Below are positions 18,974-29,121 of a stretch of DNA of 64,000 bases, in pieces. Source of the stretch: an uncultured Acidobacteriota bacterium (GTDB lineage Bacteria; Acidobacteriota; Thermoanaerobaculia; Gp7-AA8); NCBI GenBank assembly GCA_963741955.1, contig CAVUKB010000009.1:32001-96000 (forward strand), written 5' to 3'. Under the pieces are notes generated by a model. The model had not been told where the DNA came from, made no database searches, and was given only the letters and a program-made list of their open reading frames with translations. Position 1 is the stretch's first letter. Each line of letters starts with the position of its first letter. The position numbers and the translations under genes were made by a program.

Positions 18974-20449
18974 ATGACCAACCGACCGCACCGCAGCGCC
19001 GAGGATCTCGACGAGCTCGCGCGACAGGCGATGCTCGATCACGGACTGGAGCCGGAGTTTCCTCCGGCCGTCGAACAGGAGCTCTCCGCGATTCGCGGAG
19101 CGGCGCGCACAGAAGGCGACGGAGTGCGTGATCTGAGGAAGCTGCTCTGGTTCTCGATCGACAACGACGATTCGATGGATCTCGACCAGATCAGCGTCGC
19201 GGAGGACCTGGGCGGCGGGAAGGTCCGTCTGATGGTGGGAATCGCGGACGTCGATGCCGTCGTGAAGCAAGGTTCGGCGATCGACGAGCACGCGCGGCGG
19301 AACACCACCTCCGTCTACACCGCGTTCGAGATGTTTCCGATGCTTCCTCGGAGACTCTCGGAGGACCTCACGTCGCTCGCGCCGGAAGAAGAGCGGCTCG
19401 CGGTGGTCACGGAGATGGTGATCGACGGGGACGGAACGATGGAGTCGTGGGAGATCTATCGCGCGCTGGTGAAGAATCGCGCGAAGCTCGCTTACGACGG
19501 AGTCGGCGCGTGGCTGGAGGGAGATGCGGAGGCGCCGCCGGAGGTCACCTCGAGCGTCGAGCTTCAGAAGCAGCTTCGATTGCATCACGACGTGACGCAG
19601 CGGCTGCGAGAGCGGCGCGCGGAAGAAGGAGCCCTCGACCTCGAGACGATCGAGCCGCGGGTGGTGAAGAGCGACCATCAGATCCGGGACCTCGAGGTGG
19701 TGAGGAAGAACGCGGCGCGAGACCTGATCGAGGATGTGATGATCGCGGCGAACCGCGCGTCCGCACGATTCCTCAAGTCGAAGAACTTTCCGAGCATCCG
19801 GCGCGTGCTGCGCGTCCCCGAACGGTGGGACCGAATCATGGCTCTCGCGGCGGAGCATGGCTTCAAGATGTCGCCCACTCCCGATGCGAACGCGCTGCAC
19901 GAGTTTCTCCGGATGCAGAAGAAAAAGAATCCGACCACCTTCCCCGACATCTCACTCGCGGTGGTGAAGATGCTCGGGAGCGGTGAGTACGATCTTCTGA
20001 TGCCGGGAGAGGAGCCGCTCGGACATTTCGGCCTGGCGATCCGGGATTACCTCCACTCCACGGCGCCGAACCGGCGCTACCCCGACATCATCACGCAGAG
20101 GCTGATGAAAGCGGCGCTCGCCGGGAAGGGTCTTCCGTACCAGGAGCAGGAACTGGAGGAGCTCGCGCGACACTGCACGGTCCAGGAAGACGAGGCGGAC
20201 AAGGTCGAGCGTCAGATGCGCAAGAGCGCCGCGGCGCTGATCCTCTCCGACCGCGTCGGACAGAAGTTCGACGGGATCGTCACCGGCGCATCGAAGAAAG
20301 GGACGTGGGTGCGGCTCTTCCATCCGCCGGTGGAAGGGAAGCTCATGCACGGTTTCCGCAACCTCGACGTCGGCGATCGCGTACGGGTGAAGCTGATCGG
20401 AGTCGACGTGGAGAAGGGGTTCATCGACTTCGTCCGCTCCGGACACTGA
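18974..20449 (+). CDS. RNB-domain exoribonuclease (RNase II/R family) with C-terminal S1
   Basis: SIDNDDSMDLDQ, IADVD, HFGLA...HSTAPNRRYPD. Confidence 0.9.
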   Translation: MTNRPHRSAEDLDELARQAMLDHGLEPEFPPAVEQELSAIRGAARTEGDGVRDLRKLLWFSIDNDDSMDLDQISVAEDLGGGKVRLMVGIADVDAVVKQGSAIDEHARRNTTSVYTAFEMFPMLPRRLSEDLTSLAPEEERLAVVTEMVIDGDGTMESWEIYRALVKNRAKLAYDGVGAWLEGDAEAPPEVTSSVELQKQLRLHHDVTQRLRERRAEEGALDLETIEPRVVKSDHQIRDLEVVRKNAARDLIEDVMIAANRASARFLKSKNFPSIRRVLRVPERWDRIMALAAEHGFKMSPTPDANALHEFLRMQKKKNPTTFPDISLAVVKMLGSGEYDLLMPGEEPLGHFGLAIRDYLHSTAPNRRYPDIITQRLMKAALAGKGLPYQEQELEELARHCTVQEDEADKVERQMRKSAAALILSDRVGQKFDGIVTGASKKGTWVRLFHPPVEGKLMHGFRNLDVGDRVRVKLIGVDVEKGFIDFVRSGH

Positions 20450-20460
20450 AAAGTGATAGG

Positions 20461-20516
20461 GATCTGGGATCGAGGATCGAGGATCGAGGATCGAGGATCG
20501 AGGATCGAGGATCGAG
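20461..20516. repeat. Heptamer microsatellite (GATCGAG)7 plus one variant
   Basis: Direct reading; begins 12 bp after the RNB gene stop. Confidence 0.95.
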
Positions 20517-20660
20517 GGAAAAATCTCAGATCTCCGACCACCATAGTCTCGTGACCAGAGGCCGTGCGAATCGGGTCGACAAGGACGAATGCAGAATGCA
20601 ACAGTTGGAGTTGAGAAGGGACACCAGCCCTTCTTTCATTCTGAATTCTGCTGCGAAACT

Positions 20661-20765
20661 CCGGCACCCCTTCGGGGTGCGGCGAATGATCGCGCTCCTC
20701 TCTTTCCGGTGGCGGCCGCTTCGCGGCAGCCACCGGCTAATCTCCGTTGCCCCTCCGGGGCAGGA
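20661..20765. repeat. Three-hairpin palindromic (REP/MITE-like) element
   Basis: GCACCCC-TTC-GGGGTGC, CCGGTGGC..GCCGC-TTC-GCGGC..GCCACCGG, TGCCCC-TCC-GGGGCA between convergent genes. Confidence 0.65.
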
Positions 20766-20909
20766 GGACGATTTTCGAATTCGCTCTCGCCATTCGTTTG
20801 GTCAAAGGTGGCCGCAGCCCGCCGGTGGCGCCTGAATTCTGCACTCTGCATTCGGCGGTCACTTCGCTCCTCAGAGTTTGTGCGCAGGCCCCTGACCCCT
20901 GATCCCTGA

Positions 20910-21986
20910 TCAATAAGGATATCCCTCGCGCGCCGAGACGTTGAACTCGGGGTTCTTCAGCGAGACCTGGATCTTCTGGTATCCGTGCTCGTTCTCCGGC
21001 TTCTCGCTCCGGTACGTGATCATGTAGTAGCCGTTGTTCAGATTCTCGATCCGCTTCAATGGAGTGATGAAATTGACGATCTGGCGGAAGTACTCCCCGC
21101 CGGTGTCGTCGGCCAGGCGGGAGAGGGTCTGCTCGGTGGCGTGGAACTGCGAGTTGCGGAGCAGCTGAATCGGGTAGACCGTCACGTTGCTCTTGTTCAG
21201 TGCGTGAACCATCGGCTTGTACCAGATCTCCTCGTTCGCGGGAATGTCGCGGCTGAACGTCGAGACGTCGCCGATGCCGAGGGTGAAGAGCATCATCGCC
21301 TTGCGGGCCTGGATCGGCTGGAGGGCTTTCGAGAGGGTCTCGATCGCATCGTAGATCCGGCCGGCATGCATCATGTCGTTCACGTCGATATTGCGCATGA
21401 TCGAAAGATCCGCGGCGTTCTTCGGAACCCTGGTCAGACCATCGGCTCCGGTCACTGCTTCGTTCAGTGCCTGTTCGAGCTGCTTCTGATCGGAAGTGAA
21501 GTCGCTGTAGATCTTCAGTCGGACGTCGAATCCCGCGATCGCGACTTTGTCCTGTGGAAGAAGATCGTGCTGAACGAACCTGGCCGCGGCCTGTTTCGCG
21601 TTCATCAGATCCGACATGTAGTTCGGTAACTGCGAGGTATCCACCAGCTTGTCGAAGAAGATCACGAACCAGCGACCTTCCTTCACGTGCTCGACCTTGA
21701 AGGCGGCCTGACTCTCCGGCGACGTCAGGAGCCGTCGATCCGTGTAGTAATCGACGGATTGGATCTTCTGAGGAACGCCGTTCTCTTTCACGATGAAGTC
21801 GTCTTTTCCGAGACCGAGGATCTGTTGCCCGGTCCGGTCGGTCACGGTCGCATCGACCAGAACGAGGTTGACGTTCATCTTCTCGTGGTAGGAGGGAACG
21901 TTCTCCGCTGGCTTCTGCTGGGCGAAGAGCGGGACCGAAAGAAGGAGGAAGAGGAGGGGGGTGAGGATACGGGGAAGGTACTTCAT
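20910..21986 (-). CDS. Secreted VWA-domain protein (Acidobacteria VWFA-related type)
   Basis: Signal peptide, VNLVLVDATVTDRTG..ILGLGKDDF.VKENG, LADDTGG, YMITY, AREGY. Confidence 0.88.
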   Translation of the reverse strand: MKYLPRILTPLLFLLLSVPLFAQQKPAENVPSYHEKMNVNLVLVDATVTDRTGQQILGLGKDDFIVKENGVPQKIQSVDYYTDRRLLTSPESQAAFKVEHVKEGRWFVIFFDKLVDTSQLPNYMSDLMNAKQAAARFVQHDLLPQDKVAIAGFDVRLKIYSDFTSDQKQLEQALNEAVTGADGLTRVPKNAADLSIMRNIDVNDMMHAGRIYDAIETLSKALQPIQARKAMMLFTLGIGDVSTFSRDIPANEEIWYKPMVHALNKSNVTVYPIQLLRNSQFHATEQTLSRLADDTGGEYFRQIVNFITPLKRIENLNNGYYMITYRSEKPENEHGYQKIQVSLKNPEFNVSAREGYPY

Positions 21987-22143
21987 GTCTGTCGTCCTTT
22001 CATGTGAGTCACAACCGCGCCATGCCGGGAGATGTTCTCGGGTGCCTCGACGCGTTCTCCACACTTTCTTGGACGAATGGGACGATGAAAGGAAATGTCA
22101 CGGAGTCGTGAACGGAGCGGGGATGATTGCGGAGGGAAGAAAG

Positions 22144-22220
22144 TGGTCGGGGCAAGAGGACTTGAACCTCCGACCTCACGGTCCCGAACCGTGCGCTCTA
22201 CCAGGCTGAGCTATGCCCCG
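22144..22220 (-). tRNA. tRNA-Pro(CGG)
   Basis: Reverse complement CGGGGCATAGCTCAGCCTGGTAGAGCGCACGGTTCGGGACCGTGAGGTCGGAGGTTCAAGTCCTCTTGCCCCGACCA; anticodon CGG, encoded CCA. Confidence 0.97.
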
Positions 22221-22410
22221 ACGCTGCAGGTGAGATCGAAATGCGGAAGCAAATCGAACCGGGAGGCGGATTCTAGGCAATTTTCTGCCGCCGGTCAAAC
22301 CATTCGAACGGGATCCGCTGCAACGACCGCGATAACCTTCGGGCGGCGGGTGCCATTCCAACCCGATCGAGCTTCGAAACGCCGGTCGAGAACGCTACAA
22401 TCCGCAGGCC

Positions 22411-23298
22411 ATGCCGACGAAACGATCCCTCCTCGCTTTCCTCCTCGCAAGCCTGATCGCCGTGCCTCTCTTCGCCTGGGGCGAGAAAGGCCACTACATC
22501 GCCAACGAAGCTGCCACGTACGGTACCCCCGCGGACATGCCGTACTTCTTCCACCAGGCCTACCCGCAGCTGATCTACATGTCTTACGACCCTGATCGGT
22601 GGCGCGGTGCAGGCGAGGCCCTCGACGCGGTGAACCCGCCGAACCACTTTCTCGATTACGAATACGTCGAAGGTCTCGACCTGCCGCGTGACCGCTACGA
22701 CTTCATCGATCTGATGATCCGGACCGGACGCTTCAGGAAGTACTCGATCGGTATCTCGACCACGGGATTCCTTCCGTGGCGGATCGCGGAGGTCTCGGAT
22801 CTTCTCGAACAGCAGTGGCGATTCTGGCGAAGACTTCCCGCGGGGATGGAACGCTCGCAGGTCGAGCAGAACATCATTGCGATCTCCGGAGTCCTCGGGC
22901 ACTACGTCGCCGATGCTTCAAACCCGGATCACACCACGATCAACTACAACGGCTGGGTCGAGCCGAACCCGGAACATTTTCCGATCGATTGCGACGCTCA
23001 CTACCGCTTCGAGTCCGGATTCGTGGCGAACAGTGTCGAAGTGAGCGACGTTCTTCCGAAGCTTCACCCGCTGGTACCGCGAACCGACTATTTCAAGACC
23101 GCGCTCGAGTTGATCCACGAGTCGAACAGTCTGGTCTCCACTCTCTACCGGATCGACCGTGACGGCGGTTTCGCCTATCCGTACGGTACGAAAGAGGGGA
23201 AGGAGTTCGCGGTCTCGCGTCTCGCCTCCGGCGCGTCGGTGATGCGCGATCTCTGGTACTCGTGCTGGGTCAACTCGGGAAAATCGCGACGGCGCTGA
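22411..23298 (+). CDS. Secreted S1/P1 nuclease / Zn phospholipase C-like protein
   Basis: Signal peptide followed by WGEKGH, HFLD, LGHYVADASNPDH, HYRFE. Confidence 0.85.
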   Translation: MPTKRSLLAFLLASLIAVPLFAWGEKGHYIANEAATYGTPADMPYFFHQAYPQLIYMSYDPDRWRGAGEALDAVNPPNHFLDYEYVEGLDLPRDRYDFIDLMIRTGRFRKYSIGISTTGFLPWRIAEVSDLLEQQWRFWRRLPAGMERSQVEQNIIAISGVLGHYVADASNPDHTTINYNGWVEPNPEHFPIDCDAHYRFESGFVANSVEVSDVLPKLHPLVPRTDYFKTALELIHESNSLVSTLYRIDRDGGFAYPYGTKEGKEFAVSRLASGASVMRDLWYSCWVNSGKSRRR

Positions 23299-23305
23299 TC
23301 GCCAC

Positions 23306-23839
23306 TCATCCCCACAGGACGTCCCTCACACCGGCGAGCCGGTTTGCATAGCGCGCCGCAACGAAGAGAAGATCCGAGAGCCGGTTCAGGTAGACCAGGG
23401 TCGAAGGTGAGACCGCAGCTTCTTCGCCGAGTGCCACGACCAGGCGCTCGGCGCGCCGGCAGACGGTCCGCGCGAGGTGGAGATATGCCGCGGTGAGCGA
23501 ACCTCCCGGCAGAATGAAGTTCTTGAGGGGCTCGAGCTCCGCTTCCATCCGATCGATCGACTCCTCCAGGGCCGCGATCCGTTCCTCGTCCGGTCCGGGA
23601 AACTTCTCACGGGAGGCAGTGGCGGCCAGGTGAGCGCCGACATCGAAAAGATCGCTTTGTATTTTCTGAAGCTCACCGTCCAGGGGCGCCCCGTCCCACG
23701 AAGCACGAGCCACGCCGATCATCGAGTTGAGCTCGTCGACGGTTCCGTACGCGTCGATTCGCGGATCGCTCTTCGAGACGCGTCCGCCCCCGATCAGTGA
23801 CGTCTCGCCTCGATCACCGCCCTTCGTATAGATCTTCAT
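23306..23839 (-). CDS. Cob(I)alamin adenosyltransferase, PduO type
   Basis: KIYTKGGDRGET, AYGTVDELNS, ARTVCRRAER, YLNRLSDLLF. Confidence 0.95.
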   Translation of the reverse strand: MKIYTKGGDRGETSLIGGGRVSKSDPRIDAYGTVDELNSMIGVARASWDGAPLDGELQKIQSDLFDVGAHLAATASREKFPGPDEERIAALEESIDRMEAELEPLKNFILPGGSLTAAYLHLARTVCRRAERLVVALGEEAAVSPSTLVYLNRLSDLLFVAARYANRLAGVRDVLWG

Positions 23840-23865
23840 CGTCGGTCCCTCGCTCGATCATTTCG

Positions 23866-23898
23866 CAAAACAAAAAGGCGGCAGTGTCTGCCGCCTTT
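23866..23898 (-). terminator. Intrinsic terminator after the response regulator
   Basis: AAAGGCGGCAG-TGT-CTGCCGCCTTT with T-run on minus strand. Confidence 0.8.
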
Positions 23899-23918
23899 CG
23901 ACTTCCATTCGATGGAGG

Positions 23919-25796
23919 CTACTCCCCTTCGAGCTCGCGGATCCGCTCTTTGACGATGATCTCGGCGAGATCCGGGATCACTTCCCAGGCGATGTTCCGG
24001 ACCACCTGGTCGCTGAGCTTCTCGACCACTCGTTTCGCGATCCGCTCGATCTGTTCGTCGGTCAGGTCACTGCCGGCCGGCTGGATCTCCGCGGGCGCAG
24101 CGGCCACCGGTGCAGGCGTTGCCACCGGCATCGGCGGGGGAGGCGTTGGATACTCCGGTTCCTGCCGGTATTCTTCCTGTGCTGCCGGAGGCTCTTCGAC
24201 CTCGGCGGCCTCGAACGGCGAGAGTGCCGGCTCGGAGGGGAGTTCTTCTTCCGGAGCGCGGGTCTGTTCCTCTTCGACATCGGGTGCCGCCGCGACTTCG
24301 GCTTCGAAGGGCGAAGGCTGCGGAGCTTCCATTGCCGGCGCTTCCGGCTCCTCCTCGGCGGGAGCTTCTTCGCCGAACGGAGTCTCGGTCGTCTTCAGAG
24401 GCGATCCCCATGCCTGTTCCTGTTCGGCCGGAGCTTCCCACGGCGACGCTTCTTCTTCTGCGGCCGGCGCCGGTTCCGATTCCCAGGGAGAGGCGCTGGC
24501 AGGTTCTTCGGCGCCCCAAGGCTGTGGGGACTCGTTTTCGGCTTCTGCTCCAGCCCAGGGTCCGGCGGGTTCCTTCTCTTCCTCCGGCTGTTCCCACTGG
24601 GGGATCGGCTGCTCCTCCGTCTCGTCGGCTGCCGGAGGCATCGAGCCCTGCATCCGCTGGATCTCGTCGAAGCTCATCATCGGGAATGCGCGTGTCTCGC
24701 CTGCAGGGACTTCTTCCGCAGGCTCGGGTTCGTGCATCACGCCAAATGCTTCGCCCGACATCTGCTGCGAGGCTGGCTGCTCCTCCACACTCTCCGGCGG
24801 TTCTTCGAACGGCGACGGTGCGGCGTGTTCGGCAGCGGGCTCGGTTGGGGACTGAGGCGGCTCTTCCTGTTCGAACGGTGAACCGGCCGAGATCTCGGCT
24901 TCGCGCTGCTCCTCTTCCTGCTGGATGCGCTGGAGCTCTTCCGGCGACATCATCTGAAACGCGCGGGTCTCGCCGCCGTACGCGGGGGGCGCTTCTTCGC
25001 CGAAACCTCCCCCTTCGCTTTCGAACTGCGGGGGCTCGGGAGGTTGAGCCTGCCCGGTCTCTTCCGGTTGTTCCTGCATCGACTGCAGGTCCGAAAGACT
25101 CATCTTCTGAAATGTGCGGGTCTCGCCCGAGTAGTCGAAGCCTTCATCGAGAGGCATCTCCTCGGATGGAGCGGCCGCGGATTCCTGGAAGATCTCGGAG
25201 CCATGTTCTTTGAACGGCTCATCGAAGGGAGGCACTGTGTCCTCCCCGGGCTCTTCCGCCGGCTCGGCCTGCTCGAACGAAGATGGCGCGGGAGGCGTTT
25301 CGCGCTCGAACCGAGGCGGCATCTCCGACGGACTCGCGGGTTCGGCGGGAAAGTCCCAGACATTCTGCTCGGGCTCGGCGGATGCAGTCGCGGCGGGTTC
25401 TTCCTCGCGCGACTCGCCTCTCGCTCCGGCCTGCTGGATGAGCTCTTCGACCTTGTGCACCAGGCTCTGAGACTCGAACGGTTTGGTGACTACGGCATCG
25501 CATCCTGCTTTCTCCGCCCGGTCCGGGTCGAAGGGCTCGAACGTGCCGGTCAGAAGGATGACCGGGATGTTGCGGTATTCGGGATGCGACTTCACGTATT
25601 CGCAGAGCTCGTACCCATTCTTCTCGGGCATGATGATGTCCGAGAGGATGATGTCGGGATGGATCTCCGACAGCTTCTGGATGGCTCGCGCACCGTTGCT
25701 CGTCGCGATCACCTCGTAGTCGCCGTCAGAGAACGTGAGCTCGACGACCTTCTGTATGGTGATGCTGTCATCAGCTAGAAGAATCTTCTTCGGCAT
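23919..25796 (-). CDS. RomR-like response regulator (REC + acidic Pro/Glu linker + conserved C-terminal helix)
   Basis: MPKKILLADDSITIQKVV REC domain, ~450-aa E/P/A-rich linker, IAWEVIPDLAEIIVKE tail. Confidence 0.85.
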   Translation of the reverse strand: MPKKILLADDSITIQKVVELTFSDGDYEVIATSNGARAIQKLSEIHPDIILSDIIMPEKNGYELCEYVKSHPEYRNIPVILLTGTFEPFDPDRAEKAGCDAVVTKPFESQSLVHKVEELIQQAGARGESREEEPAATASAEPEQNVWDFPAEPASPSEMPPRFERETPPAPSSFEQAEPAEEPGEDTVPPFDEPFKEHGSEIFQESAAAPSEEMPLDEGFDYSGETRTFQKMSLSDLQSMQEQPEETGQAQPPEPPQFESEGGGFGEEAPPAYGGETRAFQMMSPEELQRIQQEEEQREAEISAGSPFEQEEPPQSPTEPAAEHAAPSPFEEPPESVEEQPASQQMSGEAFGVMHEPEPAEEVPAGETRAFPMMSFDEIQRMQGSMPPAADETEEQPIPQWEQPEEEKEPAGPWAGAEAENESPQPWGAEEPASASPWESEPAPAAEEEASPWEAPAEQEQAWGSPLKTTETPFGEEAPAEEEPEAPAMEAPQPSPFEAEVAAAPDVEEEQTRAPEEELPSEPALSPFEAAEVEEPPAAQEEYRQEPEYPTPPPPMPVATPAPVAAAPAEIQPAGSDLTDEQIERIAKRVVEKLSDQVVRNIAWEVIPDLAEIIVKERIRELEGE

Positions 25797-25892
25797 CTTA
25801 TTTTCTCTCTGGGATGTTTGTTGGCAACGTAGCATTGGCGGCTTTCCAAGTCAACGAGACAGGGGGCAGAAACTGCTATAGTTGAACGGTTT

Positions 25893-26588
25893 ATGAAGGT
25901 CCCTCCCCCAGCCGGAGAACTGAAATTTCTCGTTCTCGGCCACCGCGGGAGCCGCCGCCGGGAGACCGAGAACACCATCGCCTCACTCGCTCTTGCGCTC
26001 GAGGAGGGTGCAGAGGGATTCGAGACGGATCTCCGGCGTCTTTCGGACGGTTCGATCGTGCTGTTTCACGATGCCGAAGTGGACGGGATCCGAACCGAGC
26101 GCTGGACCACCGACGCGCTGCGCGAGCGGATCGGACCGCTCGCTCTCCTCTCCGATCTCGAGCGGTTTCGCGGGCGTGCACGCATGATTCTCGAGGTCAA
26201 GACGTCGGGATTCGAAAAGGAGCTGGTCGAGACGATCCGTGGATGGGAGAACGTGATCGTCTCGTCGTTCGACCACGCTCTGGTCGGCCGCCTCGCCCGC
26301 CGTACCCGCACGTTCGAGCTCGGAGTGATCAACGCGGGCGCTCTGGTCGACCCCGCGGATTACGTTGCCGGGCTCGGAGCGGAGTGGATGTTTCCGCAGT
26401 GGGAGCTCGTCGATCGCGACCTCGTCGTGAAGCTGCACCGGAGGAAACTCGGCGTGATCCCCTGGACCGCGAATGGTCCGGGCTCGTGGGCGGAGCTGCT
26501 CGAAGCCGGCTGTGACGGGGTGATTACCGACACTCCGGCCGAAGCAGTGGCATGGCGACGTGGACAATCGGGTGAACTGCTGTGCTAA
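25893..26588 (+). CDS. Glycerophosphodiester phosphodiesterase
   Basis: GHRG..ENT, ETDLR, HD, SSFD, WTAN, DGVITD. Confidence 0.93.
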   Translation: MKVPPPAGELKFLVLGHRGSRRRETENTIASLALALEEGAEGFETDLRRLSDGSIVLFHDAEVDGIRTERWTTDALRERIGPLALLSDLERFRGRARMILEVKTSGFEKELVETIRGWENVIVSSFDHALVGRLARRTRTFELGVINAGALVDPADYVAGLGAEWMFPQWELVDRDLVVKLHRRKLGVIPWTANGPGSWAELLEAGCDGVITDTPAEAVAWRRGQSGELLC

Positions 26589-26642
26589 ACTTCCCGCGCA
26601 CAAAGAGATATCCAGAGCGTGGACCTGCGGGGGGAAGCGGAT

Positions 26643-26834
26643 ATGAAAAAGTGGGAGTACAAGATCATCAACGTGCGCTCTGAGAACTACTCCATGGATC
26701 CGAGACGGGCTGAAGAGCTCAATCGCCTCGGAGACGAGGGGTGGGAGCTGGTCTCGATCACCTCGATCAATTTCAAGACGGGTGCGACGGACCACATCGG
26801 CATGGTCTTCAAGCGGGAGAGAGCAGCGTCCTGA
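26643..26834 (+). CDS. DUF4177-like small protein
   Basis: KWEYK...LNRLGDEGWELV...FKR. Confidence 0.85.
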   Translation: MKKWEYKIINVRSENYSMDPRRAEELNRLGDEGWELVSITSINFKTGATDHIGMVFKRERAAS

Positions 26835-26920
26835 CCTCCCGCGATCCGGCGTCCATTCCCAATTCCGAATCGATTCTGATATGTTCCGGCTTCCTTTGAG
26901 CGCCCTCGAAGGGAGATCCA

Positions 26921-28501
26921 ATGCCATCTCGTCCTTTTCTTCTCCTCGTCGTCATCGACGGTCTCGGTTGCCGTAAACAGACGAACTGGAACGCGTTCGC
27001 CGAGGCGAAGACTCCGGTTTTCGACCGGCTCTTTTCCGAGGAGCCGTGGACCACGCTCGAGGCCTCCGGCCTCGCGGTCGGACTTCCTCCCGGTCAGATG
27101 GGCAACTCCGAGGTGGGACACCTGAACATCGGCGCGGGCCGGATCGTCGATCAGGACATCGTCCGGATCTCCAAGGCGATCGAGAGGGGGGAGCTGGCGA
27201 AGAATCCGGTCCTGGTCGATCTCTTCCGGAGGGTGAAGGAATCGGGATGTGCAGTGCATTTCGCCGGACTTCTCTCCGAGGGTGGAGTGCACTCTTTGCA
27301 GTCGCATCTTCACGGGCTGATCGATGCCGCGATCGCGAACGGGCTGGAGAGCATCGACGGGATGCCGCGGATATTCATACACGCGATCCTCGACGGCCGC
27401 GATACGCCTCCGATGTCGGCGGTGGCGAACCTCTCCCGCCTGAACGAGTTCCTCGAGGACAAACCACAGACGGCGCTCTCCACGATCATCGGACGCTATT
27501 ACGCGATGGATCGCGACAAGCGCTGGGAGCGGATCAACAAGGCGTGGGATCTCTGGACACTCGGAATCGGGACGGAGAGCTCCGATCCGATCGCATCGGT
27601 GGAGCGATTCTACGAAGCGAACATCACCGACGAGTTCATGGAGCCGATTGCAGTCCTCGCTTCCGACGGCGCTCATCGTGGGAAGATCCGCGACGGTGAC
27701 GCCGTATTGCTGTTCAATTTTCGCGCGGACCGGATGCGGCAGATCGTGTCTGCATTCCGGGACGACGACTTCCAGGGCTTCGAGCGCGAGATCCGGCCGA
27801 AGGTCGATCTCGTCTCCATGAACCGCTACCATCAGGACTTCGATTTTCCGGTCATCTTTCCTCCGCAGAAGATCTCGAACCATCTCGGAGAAGTCTTCGC
27901 GGCGCAGGGGATGAAGCAGCTCCGGATCGCGGAGACGGAGAAGTACGCACACGTGACATTCTTTTTCAACGGCGGCTCGGACACGGTCTCGCCGGGAGAA
28001 GAGCGGATCCTCATCCAGTCTCCGAAGGTCGCCACGTACGATCTCCAGCCTGAGATGTCCCTCCCCGAATTGAGCGCCCGGGTGATCGAAGAGATCGGGA
28101 GCCGGAAGTACGACGCCATCGTCATGAACATCGCCAACCCCGACATGGTCGGGCACACCGGAGTGATGGACGCGACGGTGAAGGCCGTCGCCGCGACGGA
28201 TGAGGCGATCGGACGAATCCTCGGCGCGGTGGCGGCAGTCGGCGGGATCACTCTGATTACGGCCGACCACGGCAATTGCGAGCTGATGTACGACCCGGCG
28301 ACGGGACAGGCGCATACCGCCCACACCACCAATCCGGTTCCGCTGATTCTGATCGATCCGGAAAAGCGATACCGTTCGCTGGATGCCGGAGGGGCGCTGG
28401 AGAACGTCGCCCCAACCATTCTGGACATTCTTTCCATCCCCAAGCCTTCGGAGATGACCGCGGAATCCCTCCTCGGCGAAGATGGTTCGCAAGCGAGATG
28501 A
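26921..28501 (+). CDS. gpmI: 2,3-BPG-independent phosphoglycerate mutase
   Basis: GQMGNSEVGH, GRYYAMDRD, AETEKYAHVTFF, DMVGHTG, TADHGN. Confidence 0.97.
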   Translation: MPSRPFLLLVVIDGLGCRKQTNWNAFAEAKTPVFDRLFSEEPWTTLEASGLAVGLPPGQMGNSEVGHLNIGAGRIVDQDIVRISKAIERGELAKNPVLVDLFRRVKESGCAVHFAGLLSEGGVHSLQSHLHGLIDAAIANGLESIDGMPRIFIHAILDGRDTPPMSAVANLSRLNEFLEDKPQTALSTIIGRYYAMDRDKRWERINKAWDLWTLGIGTESSDPIASVERFYEANITDEFMEPIAVLASDGAHRGKIRDGDAVLLFNFRADRMRQIVSAFRDDDFQGFEREIRPKVDLVSMNRYHQDFDFPVIFPPQKISNHLGEVFAAQGMKQLRIAETEKYAHVTFFFNGGSDTVSPGEERILIQSPKVATYDLQPEMSLPELSARVIEEIGSRKYDAIVMNIANPDMVGHTGVMDATVKAVAATDEAIGRILGAVAAVGGITLITADHGNCELMYDPATGQAHTAHTTNPVPLILIDPEKRYRSLDAGGALENVAPTILDILSIPKPSEMTAESLLGEDGSQAR

Positions 28502-29121
28502 TCGAGACGCTGATCTTCGTGCGCCACGGCGAGACCGTCGACAACCTTCGAGGAGTCGCTCAGGGATGGAGTGACAGCGATCTCTCGCCGCGCGGTCAGG
28601 AGCAGGTGAAACGCCTGGCGCGACGTCTGACCCGCATGGAGCCGACTTCCCTTTACAGCTCGACCCTCCCGCGCGCGATCACCACCGCGACCGTAATCGC
28701 CGGAGAGATCGCGCTCGATCCGGTGCCGCTGGACGACCTTCGGGAAATGCACTGCGGACGATGGGAGGGACAATCGTTCGTCGAACTGCGTAACTCGGAT
28801 GAAGACGCGTACCAGCGCTGGGCCGGGGATCCGGAGGTGGCGTGTCCGGAAGGGGAGTCGTACGCAGATGTTCTGATCCGGATGAAGCGGGCGCTCCAGA
28901 CGATCGAAACGCGGGAGAATGGCAACGGGAGACGGCCGGTGATCGTCTCACACGGCACGGCGATCCGGATCATCGCGACGGAGCTTCTCGGGATCGACCT
29001 CCGCGCGGCGCGGAATCTCGCCCTCGACAATGCGGCGGTCAACGTCTTCGAGCGAAGAGGAGAGCGCTGGGTGCTGAAGGTATGGAACGACACCACCCAC
29101 TGTGAGGGAGCAGTCGAATGA
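28498..29121 (+). CDS. Histidine phosphatase family protein
   Basis: RHGET, LREMHCGRWEG, VSHG. Confidence 0.92.
   Translation: MIETLIFVRHGETVDNLRGVAQGWSDSDLSPRGQEQVKRLARRLTRMEPTSLYSSTLPRAITTATVIAGEIALDPVPLDDLREMHCGRWEGQSFVELRNSDEDAYQRWAGDPEVACPEGESYADVLIRMKRALQTIETRENGNGRRPVIVSHGTAIRIIATELLGIDLRAARNLALDNAAVNVFERRGERWVLKVWNDTTHCEGAVE

Noticed and set aside
22144-22220. tRNA-Pro as a prophage or island attachment site
   Set aside because: No integrase or duplicated tRNA 3' end seen in the window.
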